DNA of 64,000 nt from Hypanus sabinus (taxonomy: Eukaryota), in assembly GCF_030144855.1 (NCBI RefSeq), contig NC_082719.1, positions 49,476,001 through 49,540,000 on the forward strand, in the 5' to 3' direction. The notes beneath the pieces were generated by a model. The model saw only the letters and a program-made list of their open reading frames with translations, ran no database searches and was not told the DNA's origin. The position numbers and the translations under genes are program-made. This document shows positions 24,459 to 37,600 of this stretch, piece by piece (the first letter of the stretch is position 1; every line of letters starts with the position of its first letter).

Positions 24459-26417
24459 CAGTGGATTCTGGCTCACTGGTACACATCAGGTCCCGTTTTA
24501 GCACAATCAAACAGCTACTCTAATTAACCTAAGTTTCATAGAAATAGTTAAAAGGTATATTAAAAAAATCTATCATTTAACTTGAGTAATGAATTATGTA
24601 TTTAAATGAAATACAGAAGTAATTAGAACACCATCATTACTACTACAGTACAATAAAAGTGTGTATTAGTCCCTAATAGTTATGGACAGAGGGATTCTGT
24701 GTATGCTGGAGCATTCTTTTGACCGTAAATGAACAAAATCAGCAGATACCTAGTGTAGATAATGGACTGCCTTCATAACAGGCATCTTTCAAATCCCCAT
24801 CTACATTGAAACATTCAAGATTAATGTCGATACCTTCAAATTCTTCATAGCTTCTAACCTGTTGAAGTATTGAAATTGCTTTTTTTTCACTCCTGGACTT
24901 TTCTGGCATCTCCAAGCCTGAAATCTCAAATGCACAGCGCAAACAGTTCTGAATTGTCTCACTACTTATTTCTCACCAGATGAGAATCACTGCATTTTGA
25001 ACACAAGCACGCAAAGCTGATGCTATTTAAAAACTGTTTGCTCATCATTTGAACAATTGTCTGCAATTTAACTTACAAACACTCATTTCTTCAGATATTT
25101 GCAAATTAGACATTTTATCAGCCCTTTGTTATCAAACTTCCCTGAGGCACCCAACACAAACATTATTGTTATGTTTCTCTGCATGAATCCATTGCGTAAA
25201 AGGTCTAATATCTACTATTTGTGACAAGCTAGCGGTTCTGAAGCGAGCCCCCCTTGACAAAATTAAAACTGCCTGGGAGCAAGATTTACATTTTTCACTA
25301 TCAGACGATGTATGGGATTCAGTTTTCAAGTTAGTTAACTCAACCTCTTTACATGCCTGCCACTGCCTGTTACAGTTCAAGGTCATACACAGGGTCCATA
25401 TTTCGAAAACTAAATTATGTCGCATTTACCCAGATGTTAATCCCTGCTGCAACAAATACAAAAGGGGTGAGGCTTCCCTTATTCACATGTTCTGGACATG
25501 CCCTGGCTTGGAAAAATACTGGAAAGATGTTTTCCAAACTCAATTCCAAATACTTAATTACAATCTGGAATCTAACCCTTTGATTTCTCTTTTCAACACC
25601 TCCAGAGAGGGTGACACGCACCTAAGTCCGACCAAACGTCTCATACTGTCTTTTGCCTCTCTTTTGGTCAGGCACGCAGTCTTGCTCAGGTGGAGGGATG
25701 CTGCCCCACCCACCCACACTCAGTGGCTCAGGGACATCATGTCCAGTCTACACCTTGAGAAGATCCATTATCCAACTCTCAATTCGGACATAAGGTTCCA
25801 AAAGGTGTTGGGACCCTTTCTTGAATATTTTCAGAATTCCCAGCCAAACTAAAGGTTCATCCCTTCTTCCTTTCCTCTGAACATAACTCCCTGACAGTCA
25901 GCATTCTTCGGTAAAATTCTACAAACTCAGACGTGCAAACATACAACAGTTTATGTGTTAGGAAAATACACCTTCTCTATACCAATGCAGCTCTGTGGGG
26001 ATAAAGGTTCTGTTTAACCCTTTTTGCTAATGTAATGATGGCTTGGAAATGGGAATTGGGAGGGGTAGATCGGGGCAGGGAGGCAACCAAAGCATGATTG
26101 TACTATGGGTGCAACTCTTTCATAGATGTGAATTGTACATTTGTTATGTACTGCACAAACCTCCTTTGTACTATGCTTTCTTGATTTAAAAAAAAACTGT
26201 TTGCTGTAACTACAGTGTCGTGTCTTAACAGCCATGCACCTGACACTCGTTAGAAACTGTTCAGCAACAGTCTTCTACCTTAATTAACAGTGTCGCAAAT
26301 AAACGAAGGAAACCCCAACTACTTTCTCGATTTTAGTTTTTGTTCTTTAAGAGTTGTCCTAAATACTGTAGGTGTCTGCCTCGATTAACTGATGGCCCAA
26401 TTAAACAGAATTCACTG
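24459..26417 (-). mobile_element. pogo/Tigger-like non-autonomous DNA transposon (interrupted by L1)
   Basis: Ends TA|CAGTGGATTCTGG and cagaattcactg|ca; transposase C-terminal remnant (YEEFEGIDINLECF..D.DLKD, 24739-24942); sits inside a Penelope-type fragment. Confidence 0.65.
25043..26191 (+). mobile_element. L1-clade LINE 3' fragment with poly(A) and TSD
   Basis: QFKVIHRVH..KL.RI....C.K...ASLIHMFWTCP.L..YW C-terminal Cys-rich domain; A-tail; 14-bp TSD aaaaactgtttgct (25029-25042, 26192-26205) at a TT/AAAA site. Confidence 0.9.
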
Positions 26418-26767
26418 CATATGGTTAATATTCCAATTCAAAGACTGAGATCCCCCAATAATTTTTGTTTTATTTTAGATATCCAGCATTGACAGTTTTT
26501 ATTTATTTTCAGACTAGCTATTGGTTATGAATCAACTCTGTTTTTAGTTTTGCAGCATCAGCTGAGATGATTTGTTTCTAACTCCTCAAAATGCAATATA
26601 CATCAACTGATTCTTCAAGCTAAAATGGTTCACTGTGCAGTTTGCCATATCAGCAACTAGGACATTTTATGTTAGCCTTCACTCTACAGTTAAGTCAGTT
26701 AATTAAACATAATATCTAGGTTGACATTTGCTTCATTCTTTTCAGCAACCTTACTGAATAATTTGTT

Positions 26768-26916
26768 GGCAACACACACAAAATGCTGGAGGAACACAGC
26801 AGGCCAGGCAACATCTTAGGAAAAAATTACTGTTGACGCTTTGGGCTGAGATCCTTCAGCAGGCCTGGAGAAAAAAAAATGCCTGCTGAATTCCTCCAGC
26901 ATTTTGTGTGTGTTGC
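26768..26916. mobile_element. Penelope-type fold-back element with degenerate hammerhead (minus strand, 26830-26867)
   Basis: Inverted arms gcaacacacacaaaatgctggaggaa..gcaggc / gcctgctgaattcctccagcattttgtgtgtgttgc; reverse strand reads CTGCTGAaggatctcagcccaaagcgtc. Confidence 0.7.
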
Positions 26917-27049
26917 TAAAATTTATTTAGTAGAATGCCTAGCCCCTATATCTCTTCAAATTCATTCAGTGGCTTTGGAGTAAACATCACATCACCTTGC
27001 AAGACTGAAGGGAAACAGGGTAACATTAAAAATTAAAGAAAGTATCTGG

Positions 27050-28120
27050 AAAAGAAAATGTTATTACAGATCCCGAACAGATCTAAAAGAATAAAGGGGA
27101 ACAGTTCTAACCCATAAGCTGACATAAAATTTGGCAATTATGCTAGTAAAATGTAGGGTCTTGAAAAATGGTAATGAGGATAGAGAGTGAGAAAATATAC
27201 CAGCAAATAGGCCAAATGACTATTTTGCATCTGTTTTAAAATACTAGGTGACCCAGGAAGCAAACAATGAATCAAGGACAGGGATTCTCCAAAAGAAATG
27301 CAAGCCAAACAGTAGTAATGAAGGAAACAAACAGAGTTTAAGGATGAGAAACTCCCAGAACAGTATGATTTCCATTCCAAGATTTCAAAAAGAGTAGGCA
27401 ATGCCCCAATAGCTTCTGAAGTTACATCCACTTGGAAACTATTTCTTTAGTTTGGAAAATAAAATACTTCCTGGAATTAAAAAAAAGAGTAGGGAAAGAG
27501 AGGAGCTTGTCATCCACTTTTGGGATGTTATAGAAACATTATCAAGAGAATAAACAAGCTTCAGTTGATTAAGGACCGCCAACATGGTATGCTGAATGAT
27601 TTGAAGATGTAAATTAAGTAGGGAATGGAAAAATGTCTATAGTTGTTACTTAGACGATCAAGATGTCACAAACAGGTAAATAAAATAATTAAAAAAGCTT
27701 CTGAAATATTGGCCACTGTAAATGACATAAAGTTACTTTAAAATATGTACATTTGACCACCACACGCTATGAAGCAAGATATTGGTCAGGAGAGTAAATG
27801 CGTGAATTTACCAATTGGATACATAGGTTCCAGGGATAGTGGAGAGAATTTGCACAAATTGAGTTGTATTTACTATAATTTAGACAGAATTAGGATAATA
27901 AGGGATAAACATTAACATTGATGGAGAGAAACTATTTCTGTTAGAAAATATTTCTATGCACAAGATGATGTATTTTATTAGTTTTAAATTTCAAAATTAT
28001 GAAGTTTTGTTTGTCAGGAATATAGGGCAAAACAATGTAAAACAACACAGATTAGCCAGCCATGATATCACGGAGAACAGCAAACTCAAAGAATAGATGT
28101 CCCACTCCTGGTGTCTCTCT
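27050..28120 (+). mobile_element. Very old CR1 LINE fragments
   Basis: Decayed RT-like and CR1 tail-like sequence. Confidence 0.4.
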
Positions 28121-28309
28121 AAAATTAAAAGACACAGTCTTAAATAAGTAGATGTCCCTGGGGGAGGGGGAGGGCTGTATATACACAATATTTTTAAGGG
28201 ATTCAGAATTATTGCTGAGGCTATTAACTGAAATATACCTGACCTCCATGCTTTACAAATAGATGCATACAGTACAAAAACACAAATGCTAATGGTAAAC
28301 CTTTATAAA

Positions 28310-30600
28310 TTTAAAATTCAAGATTGTTTAATGTTCAAAGTAAAAAGTATTATCAGAGTACATAATGTCACTACATACAACTCAGATTTATTTTCATGCG
28401 GGCATATTCAGCAAATCTATAGAATAGTAACTATAAATAGGACCAATGAAAGAGCAAGAGCAGAGAAGACAACAAACTGTTGAATTGCATCTATAGATAA
28501 ATAGCAATAAATAACAAGATAAAGAGTCTATAAAGTGAAATCATTGTTTGTGGGAACATCTCAATATCTCAATAGATGAGTGTAATTATCCTCTTTTATT
28601 CAAGAGCCTGATGATGGAGGGGTTGTAACTATTCTTGAACCTGATGGTGCGAGTTCTGAAGCACTTGTACCTTCTGTATGATGGCAGTAGCGAGAAAAGA
28701 GCATAGCCTGGGTGGTGAGGATCTTCAATGATGGATGCTTCTTTTCTGTGATAGTGTTTCATGTACAGTGCCTATAAAAAGTGTTCAGTCCCTTTAGAAG
28801 TGTTCATGTTTTATTGTTTTACAACACTGAATCACAGTGGATTTAATTTGGCTTTTCTTTACACTAATCAAGAGAAAAAGACTCTTTCATGTCAAAGTGA
28901 AAACAGATCTCTACAAAGTGATTGAAAATAATTACAAATATAAAATATAAAATAATTGACTACCTAAGTAATCACCCCCTCAAGTCAGAATTTAGTATAC
29001 ACACCTTTGGCAGCAATTACAGTTTTAAGTCTGTATCAGCTTTGCATGTCTGGACACTGCAATCTACCCCGATTCTTCTTTACAAAACTGCTCAAGCTCT
29101 GTCAAATGGCATTGGGATCATGAGTGAACAGCCCTTTTCAAGTCCAACCACAAATTCTCAATTGGATTCAGGTCTGGACTCTGACTTGGCCAATTCAGGA
29201 CATTAACTTTGTTGTTTTTAAAGGCATACCTGTGTCACTTTGGCTTTATGCTTAGGGTTATTGTCTTGCTGGAAAACAAATTTTCTCCCAAGTCGCAGTC
29301 CTCTTGTACACTACATCAGGTTTTCCTCCAGGATTTTCCTGTATTTTGCTGCATTCATTTTACCCTCTACCTTCACAAGCCTTCCAGGACCTGCTGCAGT
29401 GAAGCATCCCCACAGCATGAAGCAGCCATCACCATGCTTCAAGTTAGGGATGGTGTGTTTTTGATGACGTGCAGTGTTTGGCTTATGCCAAACATAGTAT
29501 TTAGTCTGATAGCCAAATAGCTCAATTTCAGTATCATCAGACCATTGAACCTTCTTCTAGCTGACTTCAGAGTCTCCCATATGCCTTCTGGCAAACTCTA
29601 ACCAAGATTTCAAGTGAGTTTTTGTTTCCCCAACAGTGGCTTTCTCTTTGCAGCTCTATGGGAGAGTGGCAACGGGTGAACACCCAGACAACAGTTGCTG
29701 TATACACAGTCTCTCCAATCTCAGCCACTGAAGCTTGCAACTCCTCCAGAATTGTCACATGTCTCTTGGTGGCCTCCCTCACTAGTCCCCTTCTTGCACG
29801 GTCACTCAGTTTTTGAGGACAGCCTGCTCCCAGCAGATTTACAGCTGTGCCATATTCTTTCCATTTCTTGATGACTAACTTAACTGTACTCCAAGGGATA
29901 TTCAGCAACTAGGAAATGCTCTTGTGTCCATCTCCTGACTTGTGCTTTTCAATTACTTTTTCGCGGAGTTGCCTGGAGCGTGCTTTTCTCTTCACAGTGT
30001 AGTTTATTCCCAGGATAATGACTCACCAGCAGTTGGACCTTCTAGATACAGGTGTATTTTTACTACAATCAATCATGTCACCTTTGCTGTACACAGGTAT
30101 CCAAAAAAGATTTCCATTTAACTAATTACATGACTTAATATACTAACTGGCTGCACCAGGGATGATTTGGTGTGATATATTAAAGGAGGGGTGAATACTT
30201 ATGCAATCAATTAGTGTTTTATATTTGTAATTAATTTAAAATCACTTTGTAGATATTATTTCACTTTGACACGAAAGAGTCTTTTTCTGTTGAACAATCA
30301 GAAAAGCCAAATTAAATATAACATGAAAACTTCCGAGAAGGAAGGCGGGATGAATACTTTTATAGGCACTGTAGACGTGCTCAATGGTTGGGATGGTTTC
30401 ACCCGTGACGTACTGGGCCAAATCCACTACCTCTTGTTGGATTTTCCAAAGACATTGGCACTCCCATACCAGGCCATAATGCAGCTAGTCAATACACTTC
30501 CACTACACATCTATAGAAGTTCGTCTCAAGGTTTCTGATGTCATGCCCAATCTCTGCAGCCTTTTAAGGAAGTAGAGGCACTGTCATGCTTGCTTTGCAT
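28310..30600 (-). mobile_element. Rex1/Babar LINE 3' part, split by Tc1
   Basis: Tail near 28310; HHPG..LFS.LP motif; reads continuously across the Tc1 (ttcatgTA|gacgtgctcaatgg). Confidence 0.75.
28766..30371 (-). mobile_element. Tc1-family (IR/DR type) DNA transposon, ~1.6 kb, inactive transposase
   Basis: TA|CAGTGCCTATAAAAAGT...ACTTTTATAGGCACTG|TA; ~200-bp TIRs with inner direct repeat; paired-like HTH (IPWSTVKLVIKKWKEYG) and [15 protein letters not shown] motif near 29130-29180; frameshifts. Confidence 0.92.
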
Positions 30601-31099
30601 TTCCAATACACAAATGTAAAGGGGAATGAAATAATTATTACCCCAGATCCCATGCAGCAAAAAAAAATTCAGAATAAGATTTAAAAAAAAACACAAGAAT
30701 TAAAAAGACAAAATAAACATAAATGCACAAGACAGCTTATATACAGATTGATTGTATGTCCATAAAGTGATACTAGGCATGTCTGTACATGAGATGACTG
30801 ACAGGAAATGATAAAGTAGTGGTGGTGGGCAGATTAGTGAAAGGAGGTGTTGCTCAGCCTTACTGCTTGGGGAAAGTAACTGTTTTTGAGTCTGGTGGTC
30901 CTGGCGTAGATATTACTGGTTCTGATTGGAGTGAGCAAAACAGTCCATGAATAGGGTGGATGGGATCTTCATTTTGTTACTGGCCCTTTTCTGGCCCTAT
31001 ACTTCATCTGCTATGTTCTTGCCCAACCATTTAGTTGGTTGAAGTTTAAGCCCCAATTAAAATGTTACTACTAATTGTAGGCTGCAAATTTAAGAAAAT

Positions 31100-32700
31100 A
31101 AATTGGGGCTTTGGAAAGATGGCAGACTCTACAAGATGGTGTCAAAAATGAGGGACTTCAGCTTAGTACAGACACCAGAGAATAACTCCATAGAGCAGAG
31201 AAGATTAAGTAGAGAGTTAATGGAGATGTTTAGAATAGAGGGTCTTTGAAAGAGTAGGCAAAAAGATTTGATTTTTCTGAACAGTGAGTTAGTAATCAGG
31301 AGTTATCAATTCAATACAACTGGTAGAAAAAACCAGGAGAAACAAAGCATGCTTAAAAAAAAGTTATCATCTGGAGTTAACTTTCTAATTAAGTGGTAGA
31401 GCAGATTCAATAGTTAGTTTCCAAATCAAATTGGATACATGATTAAAAAATAATTATGAAGAGCTATTAAGAGGAAGAACATAGGACTTATTGAGTAATT
31501 ATTTCAAAAAATTGTTAAGGAATTATCAAATGAATGGCTGCTTTCTGAACCAGTTGATATGGTGAATTTAGATCTTCCGTAAGGGATTATTAAACAAAAT
31601 TTGAGTGCAAAATGCCGGGATGAATTGAGAGTTGATTGACAGACTAGGAATAAACAGGTAATTTTGGTGTTAGAAGTTGGTGGAATAACCCAGTAGTTGA
31701 TTTTAGAGCCCCAGCTTTTCACACCTGGCTTCACCCATCACCTTCCAGCTAGCCTTTTTTCCCTCCCCCCCCCCCCCCACCTTCTAATTCAGGCATCTTC
31801 CCCTTTCCTTCTCAGCCCTAAATAAGGGTCTCAACCCAAAATGTTGACATCCTATTCATTTCCAAGTGTTATATACATTTAAAGTCTACGTTGAATACAA
31901 AACTATGTGAGTGTCAGCTGGTAAGTGGCAAAAGGCTTCAGTGGCATAAAAACAAATTAAATATAAAGGCAAATTTGGCAGATGATTACAAGTTAGAATA
32001 AATGATGCAAGGTCATCTACTTTGGTAGAGGAGAAATCAAGACAATGTACTTTTCATAAAATGATGAAAGATCAAAAGACATTGGTGTCCAGGGGAACTG
32101 GCTGTCCATGTACACAAATCACTACAGTGTGCAAACAATCAGGAAGGTAAACATTATATTGGACAGTGGCTTTCAGTTCCAATTATACTTGGCCTTGGAT
32201 TCATTTAGAATATTGTGTACTGGTCTGGTCTCTCAGCTCAAGTAAGGATATACTTGCAACAGAGAATGTGCTGCAAAGCTTCTCCAGATTAATCCCTAGG
32301 ATTGCAAGTTCATTGTCTGAGAAGATTACGCCATCTTGAGTTTAGAAACATAGAAAACCTACAGCACAATACAGGCCCTTCAGCTCACAATGCTGTGCCA
32401 AACATGTACTTATTTTAGAATTTACCTAGGGTATAGAAACAAGTTTAGTAAAATGAGGAGCAGTAAATTTATGTGATGTAGTATGGCAGATTCAAGAATT
32501 ATGCTTTTCACAGCCCAGACATCTAGATAAGATGTGAGACATTCCAAACAGAGTTAAATAGATATTTCTTCATCCAAAGGGTGGTGAAGCTTTGGAAATT
32601 GCCACCTAATGACTCTGGCGGAGCCATTCAAAATGGTAATTAAAACTGTTTTGGATTTTGAGAGAATCAAAGGGTTGCTACTGAGGTCAAAAATTGTTAA
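31100..32700 (+). mobile_element. Old CR1 fragments with inserted Penelope end (31722-31865) and short CR1 tail (32345-32440)
   Basis: Decayed CR1 RT and tail; pyrimidine tract plus agggtctcaacccaaaatgttgac degenerate hammerhead. Confidence 0.5.
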
Positions 32701-32799
32701 CAAAATTATCCAGGAACAAGGAGCTGAATGATCTTTTTTTGCCTGCTTCTGATGTTGACTTCTATTGACTAAAATTCTAGATCATAAAACTCCTATTCT

Positions 32800-32955
32800 T
32801 GGTAACACATAACAAAATGTTGGAGGAATTCAACAGGCCCAGGCAGCATCAACGGAAGAAAGTACAGCTGATGTTTCGGGCCCTAAAGGTTTTGACCTGA
32901 AACGTCCACTATACCTTTTTCCCCTATAGATGTTGCCTAGCCTGTTCGGTTCCTC
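32800..32955. mobile_element. Penelope-type fold-back element
   Basis: aaaatgttggaggaattcaacaggcccaggcagcatc...gaaacgtcc...gatgttgcctagcctg inverted arms. Confidence 0.65.
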
Positions 32956-33809
32956 ATGTTATATATGAAGACAAATGCAAAGAGCCTATTGAAAAAGCTC
33001 TGCCAGTTCTTTACAAACTGAAAGTCACACACAAACCACTCTGTCCAGTAGACAGTAGAAAATCACTATTATTGACATCAAAGTGAGGCTGGATTTTTAT
33101 TTATTTATTTATTTTTTACACAGCTCTGTCTCAGAAAGTGTTACTATTAAGGAATAGAAATAGGAATAGGACATTTGGCCTTTCAAGCCTGTTCCATTGG
33201 TCTATAAAATTGTGGGTTATCTGACCTTGGCATCAGTTCCACTTTTATTCATGTTTTCCATAATCCTTGATTTCCATCTCCATCCTGAATTAGTTCAATA
33301 ACTTAACCTACATAGTTTGCTATCCCTTTTATAATTAGTAAGGCCTAGCAAGGCAGCAAGACCCTACTTAACAGTTTTCATTTTTCAGGATTGGATGAAC
33401 ACAGACATTGTCAGCATTTATTGATCATTATTAATTGCCAAAGGAGCTTACTAGGTCATACAAGCTGAGCCATGTTTAACAGTCCATCACATTGGGACTG
33501 GAGTCTCATGCAATAAACTGGATAAAAAGGCATGATTAATGTCTCCAAAGATGAGGGTCATGCGGATTTTCTCAATAATCCAATTACTAGCACTCTAGAT
33601 ATGAACCAAATTTCAGTTTCACAGATACAGCGGCAGTATTTGAATTTACATCTATAAATTGTTACTCCAGTCCTCTGATTACCACTCAATTAATTAACTT
33701 GCTGTCGCATTTTCACAATTTTGAAGGGTCTTCAACCTGAAATGTTTTTGGCTCCACAGATGCCGTCAGACCTAATGTGAATTTCCAGCCATTTTTTTTG
33801 TCAGAGCAA

Positions 33810-34190
33810 GCTTCACCATCAAAGCAGTGTCCATTATTAAAGACGTCCAGCACCTAGGGCATGCCCTTTTCTCACTGTTACCATCAGGTAGGAGATACAA
33901 AAGCCTGAAGGCACACACTCAGTGATTCAGGAACAACTTCTTCCCCTCTGTCATCCGATTCCTGAATGGACTTCGAAGCTTTGGACACTACCTCACTTTT
34001 TTTAATATACAGTATTTCTGTTTTTGCACATTTTTAATAATCTATTCAATATACTTAATTGATTTACCTGTTTATTAATTACTATTTTTTTCTCTCTCTA
34101 CTAGATTACGTATTGCATTGAACTGCTGCTACTAAGTTAACAAATTTCACGCCACATGCTGGTGATAATAGACCGGATTCTAATTCTGAA
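33810..34190 (+). mobile_element. Rex1/Babar LINE 3' end
   Basis: KAVSIIKDVQHLGHALFSLLPSGRRYKSL; tail ggtgataatagaccggattctaattctga. Confidence 0.85.
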
Positions 34191-34639
34191 GTTCAGATAT
34201 TCATCTCAGTCAACAGTCAACCCTGGAAGAAGATTTTCAATGCTTCTGAAGCATTGAAAATTATATAAATTAATGAAAAAATTAACAAAAAGAATCTTAC
34301 AAATTTTTTAAAACTTTCAAAACAGTCAACTCAATTTAACTTAGTAACTTCTCTGGAGACGGGATATATTACATAAATTCATCAGAAAATATAAATTCAT
34401 CTGGCTGAGCCTGCATGAAGTACATAATTCTCCTTGAGTTTCCCCAGGTGCTCCAGATCATTTCCACATCCCAAATAACTTATGGTATGTTAGCTGGCTA
34501 ATGTAAATCACTCCTAGTGTTGGTAGGTAGTGTGATACTCAGGGTAGAGTTGTTAGGTAAATGAAGTGGAATAGGTTATAGGGAAAGTAGTACAGTGAAT
34601 AGGATTGATGGAATTCCTGTAAGAACTGCCAGACTTGAA

Positions 34640-37600
34640 TCAGAATCAAGTTTAATATTACTGGCATATATCATGAAATTTATTAACTTTGCGGCAGCAG
34701 TATAATGTAATACATGATAATATATAAAAAAACTGAATTACAGTAAGCGTATATTTGTATGTTAAATAGCTAAGATAAGTACAGCTTTCCCCCACCATCC
34801 GAAGATACAGAGTTCCTATGAAATGGTTTGTAAGCCAGAATGGCGTAAAGTGAAGAAGCAATTACTGTTTATTTATATAGAAAAAATTTGTGAGGGTTCG
34901 CTGACCAAAAAGATAATCTACCAAATCATGCCAAATAGCACATAAAACCTAAAATAACAACACAGTGTAAAAGCAGAAATGATAGGATAAATATAGCCTA
35001 TATAAAGTAGAAATAATGTATGTACAGTGTAGTATCACTTACCAGAATTGGGAAGACAGTGAGCACACTGATGATGGTGTGTTAGGCTGAGTCAGAGGTT
35101 GGGGTAGTGGGATACTGGGGTGTCATCTCATCATTGTCTGTTTCCATCAGGGCAGGCAGCTCATCATCTTCTATGTCTGCCTGCCTCGATGTCGAAGGTC
35201 GAGGTTCGTCATCTGCTGTGGCTGATATGGAAGGCTTAAAAAATGACAATATGCTTGACTGCTTAGCCTCGCGCATTTTTCTATCATACAGTTCTTTGTA
35301 AGCACTCAAACCATCCTGCAAATATGCCCTAAACCTACGTATCCTTTCAAAATTAAAGTTGTACTTTTCTTCAATCATTGCAGCGTTGTCAATCGCAGCG
35401 AAAATCTCATACAGTTGCTTCACGTTCAGTTCCCAGATTACTTCACTTTTGGTCCGTTTGCTACTGTGTTCAGTTTCGATTGTTATCGTTTCCTCTTCCA
35501 ATTGTATCAGCTCTTCATCTATCAGTTCTTGATCATGGGATGCCAAAACCTCTTCAACATCATCTTCGTCAACTTCCACAGGCCAAACTCACTTTGTCAT
35601 TACTTCATTCACGATGATCGAAACACTTAATTGTGTCTAGTTTTACGCTAAGTGGAACACCCTTACGAGCCCTTTTAGGCTTCTCTGATATCTTAGAACT
35701 CCCCTTGCTGACGGATGCACAAAGTAAATCAACATAAAGCACAGATGCTCACAGGCACGTGTTTAAGCAATGTCGGCTAGAATGCAGTTCCGGGGGAGGA
35801 GCTTGGCGCTGCCTTTTCTCGTAACAGTGAAAACACCTTCTGTTAGCGAAAACAGGTAACTAATGTAGGTTTCTCGTAACAGCAAGGTGTTGTAAAGCAA
35901 ACGCTCGAAAAACGGGGGACACCTGCAGCACAAAAACAGAATTTTTTAAAAAAACTAGTGAGGTAGTGTTCATGGGTTCAATGTCCATTCGGAAATCTGA
36001 TGGCAGAGGGGAAGAAGCTGTTCCTGAATCGCTCAGTGTGTGCCTTCAGGCATCTGTACTTCCTTCCTGATGGGAACAATGAGAAGAGGGCATGCCCTGG
36101 GTGGTGAGGATCCTTGATGATGGAAGCCACTTTTCTGAGGCACCACTCCTTGAAGATATCTTGGATGCTATAGAAGCTAGAACCCATGATGGAGCTGACT
36201 AATTTTATAATTCTCTGCAGCTTGCTTCAATCCTCAATCCTGTGCAGTAGCCACCCCCAGCGCCCTCCCGCATTCATACCATACAGTGATGCAGATGGTC
36301 AGAATACTGTCCACGGTACATCAGCACAAGTTTGAGTGTGTTAGGTGACAAACCAAATCCCCACAAACTCCTAATGAAATACATCCTCTGTCTTTTCTTC
36401 TTTATTGTTGCATCGATATATTGGGACCAGGCTAGATTCTCAGACATATATACACCCAGGAACTTGAAATTACTCACTCTCCACTTCTAATCCCTCTTTG
36501 AGGATTGGTTTGTGTTCCCTCGTCTTATCCTTTCTGAAGTCCACAATCAGCTCTTTGGTCTTACTGATGTTGAGTGTGACACCAATCAACCAGCTGGTAT
36601 ATCTTGCCTTCTCATCACCATTTGAGATAATGTCAACAATGGTTGTATCATCAGCAATTTTAAACTATGCCTAGATGCAAGTCATGGATTTAGAGAGAGT
36701 ACAGCAGTGAGCTAAGCACACATCTCTCAGGTGCGCCAATGTTGACTGTCAGCAAGGTGGAGAGGTTCTTACCAATCTGCACAGGTTGTGGTCTTCCGGT
36801 TAGGAAGTCAAGAATCCAGTTGTAGAGGAAGGTACAGAGGCCCAGGTTCTGTAGTTTTTCCATCAGGACTGATGGTGTTAAACGCCGAGCTCAAGTCAAT
36901 GAACAGCATCCTGACATATCTATATTGTCCAGGTAATCCAAGGCCACGTCAAGGATCATTTAGATCATGGCTGCTGTAGACCTACTATGGCGATAGAAAA
37001 ATTGCAGTAGGTCCAGGTCCTTGCTGAGACAAGAGTTGATTCTACCCATGATCAACATCTTAAAGCATTTCATCACCGTAGATGTGAGCTCTACTGGACG
37101 ATAGTCATTAAGGCAGCTCATACTACTCTTCTTGGCCACTGGTATAATTGCTGCCCTTTTGACGCATGTGGAAACTTCCAACCATAGTAATGAGAGATTG
37201 AAAATATTTTTCAAAACCCTGCCCAGTTGGTTGGCACAGGTTTTCAGAGCATTACCAGGTACTTCATCACAACCTGTCACCTTGCAAGGGTTCACTGTCC
37301 TGAAAGACAGACAGCCTGACGTCAGCTTCTGAGACAGAGATCACAGGATCGCTGGGTGCTGCAGGGATCCTCACAACTGTAGTTTTATTCTCACTTTCAA
37401 AGAGTATAAAAAGCTTTGAGCTCATCTAGTAGTGAAGTTTCACTGTCATTCCTTATGTTTGGTCTCGTTTTGTAGGAAGTAATGTCCTGAAAACCCTTCC
37501 TGAGCTGACATGCATCCGACCTCGCCTCCGGACTCCAGGCTTAGGAATTGTTTCTTAGCTTTCAAAATAGCCCTCCACAAGTCATATCTGTTTTTTTTGT

